DNA of 64,000 nucleotides, taken from the IMG/VR virus record IMGVR_UViG_3300025120_000029; one strand, written 5' to 3'. This document shows, piece after piece, positions 28,044 through 38,097 of the stretch (position 1 is the first letter of the stretch; each line of letters starts with the position of its first letter). Source of the stretch: an uncultured virus (IMG/VR IMGVR_UViG_3300025120_000029) (taxonomy: Duplodnaviria; Heunggongvirae; Uroviricota; Caudoviricetes). The notes under the pieces are model-generated. The model worked only from the letters and a program-made list of their open reading frames with translations, was not told where the DNA came from and made no database searches. The position numbers were made by a program, and so were the translations under genes.

Positions 28044-29312
28044 ATGGCACAAGTAAATTTAAACGTAACAGAATTAAAAGGTTTTGTAAATCATATAATA
28101 ACTAATAATAGATTTCTACAACAAGGAGGAAAACATCCTGTATCAGTAGAAGTAGTAGGTGAATCAGGTATTGGTAAAACCTCAAGTATTGTTGAACTAG
28201 CATCAGAAAATAATCTGAAATTTGTTAAGTTAAACTTGGCTCAGATAGAAGAGCTAGGTGATCTTGTTGGCTTTCCAGTACGTCAGTTTCAAATGTATAA
28301 AGAAAAGATAGTACAACCAAAAAACAATAATGTAAACATGGTAACTGCAACACAAAGAGCAGCAGGTACTAGTCTAGCTAATCTAAACTCTTCAGTAACT
28401 AAAAAAGTAGGAATGTGGGTTGATGAGTTGGCTGTACAAGAGTACTTAAAGCAGGGTTATAAAATGACAGGTAAGAATAGAATGTCTTATTGTGCTCCAG
28501 AGTGGATTGCTGATGCAAAGGCCGGTGGTATCTTATTACTAGATGACTGGAACCGTGCAGATACAAGGTTTATTCAAGCAGTTATGGAATTAATAGACAG
28601 ACAAACATATATCTCATGGACTTTACCAAAGGATTGGCATATTATACTTACAGCTAACCCGGATAATGGTGACTACATGGTTAATACTGTAGACAGTGCA
28701 CAGAAGACTAGATATATTACTGCAAACTTAAAGTTTGATGTAAATGTATGGGCACAGTGGGCAGAGGGTGCAGGTATTGACACAAGATGTATTAACTTCT
28801 TACTGTTGAATCCAGAACTAGTAACTCAAGAAACAAATGCAAGGTCTATTACAACATTCTTTAATGCTATATCAAGTTTTGATAACTTTGAAGATAATCT
28901 AAGTATTATACAAATGATTGGTGAAGGTAGTGTTGGTGATGAGTTTGCATCAATGTTTACAACGTTTATAAATAATAAACTAGATAAGCTGGTTACTCCT
29001 AAAGATTTATTGACACATGATAATGAGTCATATATTCTTGGTGAGTTAAGAGGTTGTATAGGAGAGGATGATAGTTACCGTGCAGACATTGCATCAACGT
29101 TATCAACTAGGCTAGCTAACTTTGCAGTTGTATATTCAAAAGAAAATACAATAAACCAAAAGATTACTGACAGACTTATATCATTATGTACAAAAGATTA
29201 TTTTACTAATGACCTTAAGTACTTGATAGTTAGAACAATCTTCAGTGGTAATAAACAGAAGTTTAATAAAATGATGATGAATCCAGAAATAATTAAAATG
29301 ACAATTAAATAA
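28044..29312 (+). CDS. MoxR-like AAA+ ATPase
   Basis: GESGIGKT, GDLVGFP, LLLDDWNRAD and LTANP. Adjacent to the VWA gene. Confidence 0.8.
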   Translation: MAQVNLNVTELKGFVNHIITNNRFLQQGGKHPVSVEVVGESGIGKTSSIVELASENNLKFVKLNLAQIEELGDLVGFPVRQFQMYKEKIVQPKNNNVNMVTATQRAAGTSLANLNSSVTKKVGMWVDELAVQEYLKQGYKMTGKNRMSYCAPEWIADAKAGGILLLDDWNRADTRFIQAVMELIDRQTYISWTLPKDWHIILTANPDNGDYMVNTVDSAQKTRYITANLKFDVNVWAQWAEGAGIDTRCINFLLLNPELVTQETNARSITTFFNAISSFDNFEDNLSIIQMIGEGSVGDEFASMFTTFINNKLDKLVTPKDLLTHDNESYILGELRGCIGEDDSYRADIASTLSTRLANFAVVYSKENTINQKITDRLISLCTKDYFTNDLKYLIVRTIFSGNKQKFNKMMMNPEIIKMTIK

Positions 29313-29313
29313 A

Positions 29314-30351
29314 ATGGCAAATAAATCAGTATACCAGGTTTATAGTACTGATGCTTTGACACACTTTGACCTAACTAGTGATCCCAAATACGGGATCCTA
29401 GTTGGTAATGAGTTTGAAGAAGTATTATGTACTCAAGACCAAACAACATATGAGAAAATACACAGCATATTAACTGTCCCTACAGAAGATGGACAAACTT
29501 TTAGAAATAAAAAGAAAGCTTTTATATTACCTAAGTGTAAGGTATCACAAGATAGATTAAAAGCAGCTTTAAAAGAGCATAGTATAACTGTAACTAATGA
29601 TTATGAAAAAGCAGATTTAATTGTAGGTCATGATTCTATAGCTGATAGTTTGCAAAATGGTAATAGCATTGCCTCTACACTTATGTTAACTAAGTTATGG
29701 AACTATGAACTTACTGGCGGATCAAGTCAGATCACTAGTGTATTAAATACACAAATACAAAATTTAAACTGTCTAGCAATAATTACAGATAAAATTCTTG
29801 ATAAAATTAGCTATTACAAATTAGATGTAGAACAGGATAGTTTATATGATAGTTGGATGATAACAGGTATGGCTATGAACATAGCTCATCTTATTGAAAC
29901 TACTGATTTAAGTGTAATAGATACTGAAACCATCTTGCGTAGTTCATCAAATATGATTACTTTAGATGAGCAATTATTAAAGGATCTTAAGTCTCAATTA
30001 AATACTAATCATTGGACAGATGATAAAGGTTTAGCAGCTAAAATTATACCTAGTATAGATTATAAAACTAACTATCATCTACTGTGGGAGCTGGCTACAC
30101 AATGTGGAAATTTATTCCATGACTTCAATAGAGATAAAGACTTATGGTTTTGGATTGAAGAGTCTAACCTGCGTACATTCAGCCGCAAGAGTGCACAGGA
30201 CATGATCCTTTGGTTAGAAAAAAAAGAGTTACTTAATAAAAGAAACTTTAAACATTTAGAGCCAATAGTTAGACAAGAGATTAGTATACATAACAGAGAC
30301 CTTTATACATTTAAAGTGGCTGTAAAAAAAGAATATTTAAAATACTTATAA
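29314..30351 (+). CDS. Hypothetical protein with a BRCT-like segment
   Basis: KKAFILPKCKVSQDRLK...ITVTNDYEKADLIV. Confidence 0.55.
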   Translation: MANKSVYQVYSTDALTHFDLTSDPKYGILVGNEFEEVLCTQDQTTYEKIHSILTVPTEDGQTFRNKKKAFILPKCKVSQDRLKAALKEHSITVTNDYEKADLIVGHDSIADSLQNGNSIASTLMLTKLWNYELTGGSSQITSVLNTQIQNLNCLAIITDKILDKISYYKLDVEQDSLYDSWMITGMAMNIAHLIETTDLSVIDTETILRSSSNMITLDEQLLKDLKSQLNTNHWTDDKGLAAKIIPSIDYKTNYHLLWELATQCGNLFHDFNRDKDLWFWIEESNLRTFSRKSAQDMILWLEKKELLNKRNFKHLEPIVRQEISIHNRDLYTFKVAVKKEYLKYL

Positions 30352-30352
30352 A

Positions 30353-31510
30353 ATGACTGAAAATCAAAATTATATAATAAACTTTAGAACTGACCAGCAA
30401 TTTTGGTCCAATGATCAATTGAATGAGAACGGTGTGTCTTCAGAAGAAGCTGGCATATTCTTATTGCATGGTGCCAGTTGGCAAATAACAGGTGATGACT
30501 TAGAATTCTTGGGGATTAATAAATTACCAAATGACTTTGACATTACTGATAAAAAACTATATAGATATCCTAAGTTAGATTTACCTAGACAAAAGGTAGA
30601 TCTATTAAAAGAAAAGTATAATGTTAAAGTAATCAGAGATCCAAATAAATCTGATATACAAATTACATCTCTTAAGTTTTTTAATAGTATAGCACATAGT
30701 AGTTGGAATAAATCATTTAGTAAAAATGATTTTTATGAAATATGTAAAGAGTTAGTTAAAAGAAATCTTTTGTCTGATAATGCAAAGAAATCTATTGGTA
30801 ATATTTTACAAAATTCACATTCAACTGCTGTATTTGATATACGTTGTCATAAAAAAAATTGGGAATCTGCACAAGCAAACAAATCTAAAACTTTAGAGGA
30901 GGTTGTACATGCAATGAAAAAAGAATTGGAAGGTAAATATTGCAAGAGCTATATAATCAAAGAACCTAAACACATTGATACATATAATGAGCTTATAAAA
31001 GCAAAGATGCTTGTTCTTGATAGAGATATAAGTAAAATATGTTCAGAAGGTTTGGCAATACTTACTAAAGATGATTATACTCAGATGTATAAAATGATAA
31101 CAAGTAATGATATAGAAAATAGAACTTTGGCTTTAGAAACTTTAGCTAATTGTAATGTAGAAGCTTCTTTTGATGTTGTAGCTTTACTAATGTATTATGA
31201 ATTTGAGTGGGTTAAATCAACAAGCAACTGGAATACTGTTAATGTTAAAGCTTTAAGAAATAGATTCTCTGCTATGTCAACTTACGGAAACAGTAGTAAT
31301 GGAAACTATCATACTCAGATTGTCATGTATTTATACAATGAAGGATACTTAACTAAGTTTGCAGCTGATACTATTAAAGAAAAAGTTTTTAGTAAAGTTT
31401 TAGCATCTGCAGGAATAGGTTCACCTACTTCAGCTTGGGAAATAAATCTTGATGATATAAAATTTAAAACTCCATTTAAAGAATCAATAATAGATAACAT
31501 ATGTTTATAA
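30353..31510 (+). CDS. Hypothetical protein with a BRCT-like segment, apparent paralogue of the previous gene
   Basis: KKLYRYPKLDLPRQKVD...VKVIRDPNKSDIQI. Later MITSNDIENRTLALETLANCN. Confidence 0.55.
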   Translation: MTENQNYIINFRTDQQFWSNDQLNENGVSSEEAGIFLLHGASWQITGDDLEFLGINKLPNDFDITDKKLYRYPKLDLPRQKVDLLKEKYNVKVIRDPNKSDIQITSLKFFNSIAHSSWNKSFSKNDFYEICKELVKRNLLSDNAKKSIGNILQNSHSTAVFDIRCHKKNWESAQANKSKTLEEVVHAMKKELEGKYCKSYIIKEPKHIDTYNELIKAKMLVLDRDISKICSEGLAILTKDDYTQMYKMITSNDIENRTLALETLANCNVEASFDVVALLMYYEFEWVKSTSNWNTVNVKALRNRFSAMSTYGNSSNGNYHTQIVMYLYNEGYLTKFAADTIKEKVFSKVLASAGIGSPTSAWEINLDDIKFKTPFKESIIDNICL

Positions 31511-32493
31511 CAAATAAAGAAAAGGAAGAGGTTTTCTATGCAAATAAAGATTTTTGCTTTAGTTACTCTTCCTTAAATAAATTATTATTTTCACCATCCT
31601 TATTCTATAAGGATTATATATTATTTGACCGTGAGGTTAGAACAGATAAACATCTGATTGAAGGAAAGCTTATACACTGCCTGCTATTTGAAGCAGAGAA
31701 CGTTGATAAAAAATTCAGCGTTGTTCCAGGTAAAAGCCCAAGTGATAACATTAGAAAGGTATTAAAAGACATGTCTCTTCATACTGATGCAAAAACTCTA
31801 GCTAGCTGTGAGGATTTTATAATTTTAGATTCACTTAAATCTTTAAATCTGTATCAGTCTCTAAAAGCGGATGAGTCAAGAATAGCTAAGATAAGAACTG
31901 AAGACAATGAACCATATTGGAAGTTCCTGGGTAATAATAACATTGATGTTGTTGACCAGGATACTTTATCAAGATGTGAAGAAAGAGTTGAAGTACTTAA
32001 ACAAAATAAAGATGTAATGTCTTTGTTTAATGAAGTACAAACAGACTTTGATTTAGATCCTATTGAAACATTTAGTGAGAAGTATCTAAAATCTGAACTA
32101 ATTGATTGTGATTTTGGCCTGCACGGATATGTAGATTACTATTCAGTAGATACAGATAAAAAGGAAGTTGTTATATGTGATCTTAAAACAACAGGGAAGA
32201 CCGTCTCTGAGTTTAAAGACACTGTAGATTTTTATAATTACTGGCTCCAAGCTGCTATTTATATGAAACTTGTTTATGATACTTTAGGTGATGATAAAGA
32301 AGAATATAATATAGATTTTAAATTCATTGTAATAGACAAATATGATCAGGTTTATGTTTTTGATGTATCAAATAATACAGTAAATGATTGGGCGGATGGT
32401 CTTGGAGGTGCAATAAATACTGCAAAATTTCATTATAATAGTAGAAATTACTCATTACCTATTGAATTCTTAACAAATAAGATTAAATTATAG
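31501..32493 (+). CDS. PD-(D/E)xK exonuclease (RecE/DUF3799-like)
   Basis: FSYSSL, G.LIHC.L, LHGYVDY...ICDLKTT and YWLQAAIY. Confidence 0.75.
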   Translation: MFITNKEKEEVFYANKDFCFSYSSLNKLLFSPSLFYKDYILFDREVRTDKHLIEGKLIHCLLFEAENVDKKFSVVPGKSPSDNIRKVLKDMSLHTDAKTLASCEDFIILDSLKSLNLYQSLKADESRIAKIRTEDNEPYWKFLGNNNIDVVDQDTLSRCEERVEVLKQNKDVMSLFNEVQTDFDLDPIETFSEKYLKSELIDCDFGLHGYVDYYSVDTDKKEVVICDLKTTGKTVSEFKDTVDFYNYWLQAAIYMKLVYDTLGDDKEEYNIDFKFIVIDKYDQVYVFDVSNNTVNDWADGLGGAINTAKFHYNSRNYSLPIEFLTNKIKL

Positions 32494-32494
32494 T

Positions 32495-33079
32495 ATGAGT
32501 AATGTATATACAGAATATTTTCAGAAGAGTAAAGTTTTTCTATACCCCTTGCTAGATTTAGGTAGGGGTATAAAGTATGTACCTAAGGAAACTTATTGTG
32601 CATGGGAAGATGTATACTCTACTGATGATATGATGTTCTTATGTGTATATAAATGTAAGCTTACCCTTGATTTTAAAAAGTTTGCAAATAGACATCTAAT
32701 AGCACACCCTTTGTTTAGGGATCATATCTCTTTAGGTACAAACAGACAGTTGTTTGTATTTAATTTTGATAAATATTCTCATGATTATAAGAACTTTCTT
32801 AAAGGGAAGTATTCTCAATACTCAATAAATGGAAAGATTTCAATACTAGAATTCTTTGAGACAGCTGAAGAAGAGCAAGTACAATATATACAAGGTTTTT
32901 TGCAGCCAGATGAAGTACATGAAGCATATGCTATAGACTTAAATGTAGACATAGAGTTATTAGAAGATGTTTATGAAGTCTGTTCTGCACCAAACATGGA
33001 AAAGGAAATATTAATTGATAATAATCATATTTTGACTCAATTATTAAAAGAAAGTTCCATATATTTGACAAATAAATAA
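32495..33079 (+). CDS. Hypothetical protein
   Basis: 194 aa with KSKVFLYPLL and FLKGKYSQ. Confidence 0.6.
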   Translation: MSNVYTEYFQKSKVFLYPLLDLGRGIKYVPKETYCAWEDVYSTDDMMFLCVYKCKLTLDFKKFANRHLIAHPLFRDHISLGTNRQLFVFNFDKYSHDYKNFLKGKYSQYSINGKISILEFFETAEEEQVQYIQGFLQPDEVHEAYAIDLNVDIELLEDVYEVCSAPNMEKEILIDNNHILTQLLKESSIYLTNK

Positions 33080-33087
33080 TATATAAA

Positions 33088-33504
33088 ATGGCACAAATAG
33101 GACAAAATATGATGTTAGTAAATTCTACATTTAGAAATGCTAAATCATTTACATTAATTCCAGTGAGTATGGACTCACCTTATACAGAAGCTATGTTTGA
33201 CCCTGCGTCAGGCATCTTAGCTGTCATCAGCAAAGTGATGAAACAATCTTATCATATGGTACCTAAGTTAGATGATGATGGTCAGCCACAAAGACTTAAA
33301 ACACCTAACCAGCAAACAGGTAAGACACATAAAGAAGAGAGAAGATTGGTTGACACATTCTCTGAGTTCTATCTTAGTGATAGAGCTGATATTGAAACTT
33401 TTATTCATATGTTTGCTGTAAATGCAGAAAACTTTTCAGTTGAAGAATTCTTTGTAGACTTAAAGAAAACTGAACCATCAAAAATTATATTACCTGGTCA
33501 ATAG
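33088..33504 (+). CDS. Hypothetical protein
   Basis: 138 aa, with TATATTTG at 33060-33067 upstream. Confidence 0.65.
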   Translation: MAQIGQNMMLVNSTFRNAKSFTLIPVSMDSPYTEAMFDPASGILAVISKVMKQSYHMVPKLDDDGQPQRLKTPNQQTGKTHKEERRLVDTFSEFYLSDRADIETFIHMFAVNAENFSVEEFFVDLKKTEPSKIILPGQ

Positions 33505-33533
33505 TGTTGAGTTGAGTAATATCCTTATTGACT

Positions 33534-33568
33534 AAAAAAAAGAAAGCTCATTGATTTGGGCTTTTTTT
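33534..33568 (+). terminator. Intrinsic terminator, possibly bidirectional
   Basis: A-tract, then AGAAAGCTCA-ttgatt-TGGGCTTTTT, then T-tract. Confidence 0.65.
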
Positions 33569-33587
33569 GGCTCTAATAAAAAAAATC

Positions 33588-33872
33588 ATGGCAGAAATAA
33601 CTAATGAACAAATAATGGATGTAAATATTCTATTAGCAATGAATAGATGTATGTCTGAAATAGCACATAATTTACAATATATACACACTCAACAGGTCAA
33701 ACAAAGAATTAAGCACGTTATAAAAACTGTAGACCTATATGATAGAGAAGTTAAAAGAAAGTTAAACACAGATCAGTCACAAGCAATAGAAGATATATAT
33801 GACTGTATAATGGACTTAGTTCTAGAAGCTAGAGAAGTTACTCTTAAAAATGCCAAGAATGAAAGAGTATAA
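33588..33872 (+). CDS. Hypothetical protein
   Basis: Likely start MAEITNEQ at 33588. Confidence 0.55.
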   Translation: MAEITNEQIMDVNILLAMNRCMSEIAHNLQYIHTQQVKQRIKHVIKTVDLYDREVKRKLNTDQSQAIEDIYDCIMDLVLEAREVTLKNAKNERV

Positions 33873-34032
33873 TACATATATCATGCAAATAGGAGAAGGT
33901 ATGGCCGGTGCTCTTAAAGCTCCTGAAAAGAAGAAGTATACACGTATAGATAAGAGGACTAAGAAATATGGTAATCCTAGAAAACGTAAAGATGATTGGC
34001 AAGGTACAATATATAAAACAAAAAAAGTATGA
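33850..34032 (+). CDS. Small basic hypothetical protein
   Basis: 60 aa, overlapping the polymerase start. Confidence 0.45.
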   Translation: MPRMKEYNTYIMQIGEGMAGALKAPEKKKYTRIDKRTKKYGNPRKRKDDWQGTIYKTKKV

Positions 34033-36023
34033 AAAATCATTGGGTAATGGATTATGAAACTCTATTTGATTGTTTCACTGCCGTATTTGAAGATTACAAA
34101 ACTAACAAAACAGAAGTCTTTGTAATATGCAGGCTAAGAAATGATCTGACAGAGTTTATACAATTTTTACAACAAAATATAGAAAAGAAAGAATGGCATA
34201 TATCATATAATGGTTTAGGATTTGATGCTCAGGTTACACACTATATCTTAGACAACCATAAAAGTTGGTGGAATATAGATGGTAATGACGTAGCTTACAC
34301 TATATATAAATATGCACAGAGAACAATTGAGAAAAGTAATAATAGAGAGTTCAGTGATTATCCACAATGGAAAATGCAGATAGGTCAGATAGACTTATTT
34401 AAGTTACATCATTGGGATAACCCGGCTAAACGTTCAAGTCTTAAGTGGATACAATATAGTATGGACTGGGAGAATATCCTAGACATGCCTATACATCATA
34501 CATCTAAGATAGATAACCAAGAAGATCTAGACACTATTCTAGAGTATTGCGTTAATGATGTAAGATCTACTAAAGAAATATTTAATAGGTCTACTGATTT
34601 AATAAGACTAAGGAAAGAACTAACTAATACATATGGTATTAATATGTTTAGTGCATCAGAGCCAAGGATTAGTAAAGAAGTATTTGGTTATTTCTTAACA
34701 CGTATGTTAAATATACCTAAGAGAGATCTTAGAAACATGAAGACTTATCGTGATACTGTAAAAGTAAAAGATATAATATTACCATACATCTCTTTCACAT
34801 CACCAGAGTTTAATATGTTACTTGATAGGTTTAAATCTATTGAAGTAAAAGGAGATAAACTTAAAGGTAGTTTTAAATATAGTGTAAACTATAAAAATGT
34901 TAAGACACACTTTGGTTTAGGTGGTGTTCATGGTGCTGCTAGCAAAGGAGTATATGAGTCTTCAGATGATATGGTTATAATGTCTTCTGACGTAACAAGT
35001 TTTTACCCTAATCTAGCAATTAAGAATCAATTTGCTCCTGCACATTTTCCAAAGAAAGCATTTTGTGATCAGTATGAGTGGTTCTTTACTGAAAGAAAGA
35101 AAATACCTAAAAGCAACCCTATGAATTATGTATATAAAATTATACTTAACTCAACGTTTGGTCTTAGTAATGATGAAAAGAGTTTCTTTTATGACCCTGA
35201 GCTGTGTTTACGTATTACAATTAATGGCCAGCTTACTCTAATGATGTTATATGAACAGATTATGGAAAGAATACCTGGTGCTGTTCCTTTGTTACAGAAT
35301 ACAGACGGTGTAGAGACTTTAATACCAAGGGAATACGTGGATGATTATATGGGTATTTGTAAAGAATGGGAAGAAAAGACAAATCTTAACCTAGAACATG
35401 ATGAATATCAAAAACTAGTATTAGCTGATGTCAACAATTATATAGGTGTGAATAACTTTATAGATGTTGATATTACTAAATGGAGAGAAGTTAAACAAAG
35501 TCAACCTCATTACCTATTTAAGGTAGAGAATGACAAGTTTAGCTTTGCTCCTGTTAAGTTAAAGGGACGTTTTGATTTTCATAATTTACAATTGCATAAG
35601 AATAAGTCCAAACTAGTTATACCAAAAGCTATATATCAATACTTTGTTAATAATATATTGCCTGAAGACTATCTAGATGAAAATAAAAATATTCTAGATT
35701 ACTGTATAGGAGGTAAATCAAAAGGTGATTGGGAACAAGTAGCTAGATACATTAAAGATGGTGCATTTGCTGAAGATAAATTACAAAAGATAAATAGATA
35801 TTTCATCTCTAATGATGGAGTAAAGATTATCAAAGTAAATAAAAAAGACAATAGAGAAATACAACTAGAGTCTGGCAGATGGGTTCAAACTATTTTTAAC
35901 GTATTAAAGGTAGAGCCTAAGTGGGAAAACTATAATATTAATAAAGCATATTACATGCAAGCAATAGAGACTGAGATCAATAGTATCTTGACAGTCTCAA
36001 CTAATCAATTAAAACTATTTTAA
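34029..36023 (+). CDS. DNA polymerase, family B
   Basis: Exonuclease DYET, YNGLGFD and YCVNDV. Polymerase SDVTSFYPN, YKIILNSTFG and QNTDG. Confidence 0.9.
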   Translation: MKNHWVMDYETLFDCFTAVFEDYKTNKTEVFVICRLRNDLTEFIQFLQQNIEKKEWHISYNGLGFDAQVTHYILDNHKSWWNIDGNDVAYTIYKYAQRTIEKSNNREFSDYPQWKMQIGQIDLFKLHHWDNPAKRSSLKWIQYSMDWENILDMPIHHTSKIDNQEDLDTILEYCVNDVRSTKEIFNRSTDLIRLRKELTNTYGINMFSASEPRISKEVFGYFLTRMLNIPKRDLRNMKTYRDTVKVKDIILPYISFTSPEFNMLLDRFKSIEVKGDKLKGSFKYSVNYKNVKTHFGLGGVHGAASKGVYESSDDMVIMSSDVTSFYPNLAIKNQFAPAHFPKKAFCDQYEWFFTERKKIPKSNPMNYVYKIILNSTFGLSNDEKSFFYDPELCLRITINGQLTLMMLYEQIMERIPGAVPLLQNTDGVETLIPREYVDDYMGICKEWEEKTNLNLEHDEYQKLVLADVNNYIGVNNFIDVDITKWREVKQSQPHYLFKVENDKFSFAPVKLKGRFDFHNLQLHKNKSKLVIPKAIYQYFVNNILPEDYLDENKNILDYCIGGKSKGDWEQVARYIKDGAFAEDKLQKINRYFISNDGVKIIKVNKKDNREIQLESGRWVQTIFNVLKVEPKWENYNINKAYYMQAIETEINSILTVSTNQLKLF

Positions 36024-36024
36024 A

Positions 36025-36342
36025 ATGACGTATAGACCATTGCCTGAAGGGACTACTATTAAAGAGTCCCTTCTCCATGGCCTTGGATTATATTCTACTA
36101 AATCTATTAGTAAGGATACAGTCCTAGGCATATCACATATTAGAAATACAAAATATCAAAACAATTATATTAGAACCCCGCTAGGAGGTTTTATAAATCA
36201 TAGTGACACACCTAATCTAAGAAAGATTGGTAGTGCTGAATCAAGAGATATAGAAGCAGGGGTTATGATGATCCAAACAACTAAAGACATCCTCCCCGGG
36301 GAAGAGCTAACACTTAAATATAATCTATATGCAATTGAATGA
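36025..36342 (+). CDS. SET-domain protein (putative lysine methyltransferase)
   Basis: HGLGLYST..I, GGFINHSDTPN and KDILPGEELTLKY. Confidence 0.85.
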   Translation: MTYRPLPEGTTIKESLLHGLGLYSTKSISKDTVLGISHIRNTKYQNNYIRTPLGGFINHSDTPNLRKIGSAESRDIEAGVMMIQTTKDILPGEELTLKYNLYAIE

Positions 36343-36556
36343 AGTCAAGAAAGGAACAAAACTAAAATTAATTAAAAGAATGCATTACTTAGGTAAAAAA
36401 CCTGAGGCAATGAATATATTAGATGGAGAGCTTCTAGTATTTGAAGCTAATGATGGCTTATATTCTATTTGTACAGATAGAGAAGGCAACCAATACAACA
36501 TTCCAGGATGGTCTAAGGTAGAAATAATTGAAGAACCTTTGGCTGACTCAGAATAA
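36329..36556 (+). CDS. Hypothetical protein
   Basis: 75 aa. Confidence 0.55.
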   Translation: MQLNEVKKGTKLKLIKRMHYLGKKPEAMNILDGELLVFEANDGLYSICTDREGNQYNIPGWSKVEIIEEPLADSE

Positions 36557-36589
36557 TTTATTATATTTACACTTTAAAAGTTTATAATT

Positions 36590-37444
36590 ATGGGGTATAC
36601 AAAACCTAAAGAAACAACAAGATGGCATTTAGAAAATGCACCCTTACCTAACCATGGTGAGTCATATACAGTAATATCACATGGAGAAGTGATAGAAAAC
36701 ACATATAAATTATTATCAGATAGTGGATTTATGGTCTCTAGAGAGATGTATAGATCCAGTAAGAATGCTAACATAGCTCAAGGAGTATATCATATATACC
36801 CAACTAATCCAACAGATGGAGACATTATAATGGAAAAGGAACTTGGAATGATGTTTGCTTGGACTAATTCATATGATAAAACAAAAAGCTTTGCTTCAGC
36901 AATTGGGGCCTACGTTGCAGTTTGTAACAACGGTATGATAGCCGGAGACATGATGAACTATAAAAGAAAACATAGATGGTCTGCCTCACATGATATACAT
37001 GTTCACATGAGTGATCAGATGAAGTCAGCAGAGAAGTACTATAAAAGACTGATAAAAGATAAAGAGGCACTAAAGAATGTTATAGTTACACATAAAGAAG
37101 CAGCTGAACTAGCTGGCCGTTTATTTATTGAAGAGGAGTTGCTTGATTCACAACAGTTATCTTGTGTTAAACAAGAACTAATCAAACCTTCTTATAACTA
37201 TTCAGTAGGTGCAGAGTCAGGATGGGCCTTTTATAATCATATAACACATGCATTAAAGAAAGCACATCCACGGGACTGGGTCAATGATCAGCAGAACTTT
37301 CATGACTTTATAACTGTTGAGTTATTAGGATCACCTGCATCTAAACCTATGTTTGAAAAGCCTGCAGAGTATGTAGACATGGGTCAACTTAGTATTGATG
37401 TGGATTTAGTAGAGCAAGATAAATTTACATTTGATATATTATAG
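36590..37444 (+). CDS. DUF932-like protein
   Basis: YTVISH, WTNSYDKT.S, VAVCNNGMI and WAFYNHITHALK. Confidence 0.65.
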   Translation: MGYTKPKETTRWHLENAPLPNHGESYTVISHGEVIENTYKLLSDSGFMVSREMYRSSKNANIAQGVYHIYPTNPTDGDIIMEKELGMMFAWTNSYDKTKSFASAIGAYVAVCNNGMIAGDMMNYKRKHRWSASHDIHVHMSDQMKSAEKYYKRLIKDKEALKNVIVTHKEAAELAGRLFIEEELLDSQQLSCVKQELIKPSYNYSVGAESGWAFYNHITHALKKAHPRDWVNDQQNFHDFITVELLGSPASKPMFEKPAEYVDMGQLSIDVDLVEQDKFTFDIL

Positions 37445-37447
37445 AGT

Positions 37448-37525
37448 ATGCTAGAGGATATGCTATTATTTTTTTTATTTCTATTCCTCTTATGGTTTGC
37501 TTTAACAGATCAAATGGACAAATAG
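37448..37525 (+). CDS. Possible hydrophobic micro-peptide (25 aa)
   Basis: MLEDMLLFFLFLFLLWFALTDQMDK, starting 3 bp after the previous stop. Confidence 0.35.
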   Translation: MLEDMLLFFLFLFLLWFALTDQMDK

Positions 37526-37576
37526 GGAGAAACCAACTGGGGTCTGAGTTTTTGCATTCTTAGGCCCCGCCCTCCC
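37525..37576 (+). other. GC-rich intergenic hairpin
   Basis: GGGAG...GGGGTCTGAG-tttttgcatt-CTTAGGCCCC...CTCCC with two G-U pairs and no following U-tract. Confidence 0.5.
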
Positions 37577-37606
37577 AATATAATACCTGTAAAGATTTAG
37601 TAACAC

Positions 37607-37798
37607 ATGAAAAAATTTATTGAGTTTGCACTAATTTGGTACAGTCAACAGATGGCCATACCATTTTGGATCGTTGGTCATATACATTTAAGCGTAAACA
37701 TATATCAAGACATACATGAAATACTAGCTAGCATGGGGTTAAATCTAATCGTACTAGTTGGGTTTATAATAGACTATAAAAAAAATAAAGACAAATGA
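37607..37798 (+). CDS. Small membrane protein
   Basis: 63 aa with two hydrophobic segments. Confidence 0.55.
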   Translation: MKKFIEFALIWYSQQMAIPFWIVGHIHLSVNIYQDIHEILASMGLNLIVLVGFIIDYKKNKDK

Positions 37799-38097
37799 AT
37801 TCAAAAGAAAGAAAAGAGAGACCAGTCTATACTGGAGTATTAAAATATTTTCCTGATGCTATCCTGGAAGTAGCAAGGGTATCGTTAGCTGGGAACAAAC
37901 AACATCATCCTGATCAACCATTACACTGGGATCGTACAAAGTCTAATGATGACCTAGATGCTTTATCTAGACATCTTATAGATGCTGGTAAAATAGATAA
38001 TGATGGTATACGTCACTCTGCTAAAGTAGCGTGGAGGGCCTTGGCTAACTTACAAAAAGAAATAGAAAAAGCTTATATAATTAAAAATGACTTATGA
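37795..38097 (+). CDS. dATP/dGTP diphosphohydrolase-like protein (DUF5664-type)
   Basis: FPDAILEVARVSLAGNKQH...WDR.KS.D.LDAL.RHL...HSAKVAWRALA.LQ. Confidence 0.7.
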   Translation: MNSKERKERPVYTGVLKYFPDAILEVARVSLAGNKQHHPDQPLHWDRTKSNDDLDALSRHLIDAGKIDNDGIRHSAKVAWRALANLQKEIEKAYIIKNDL

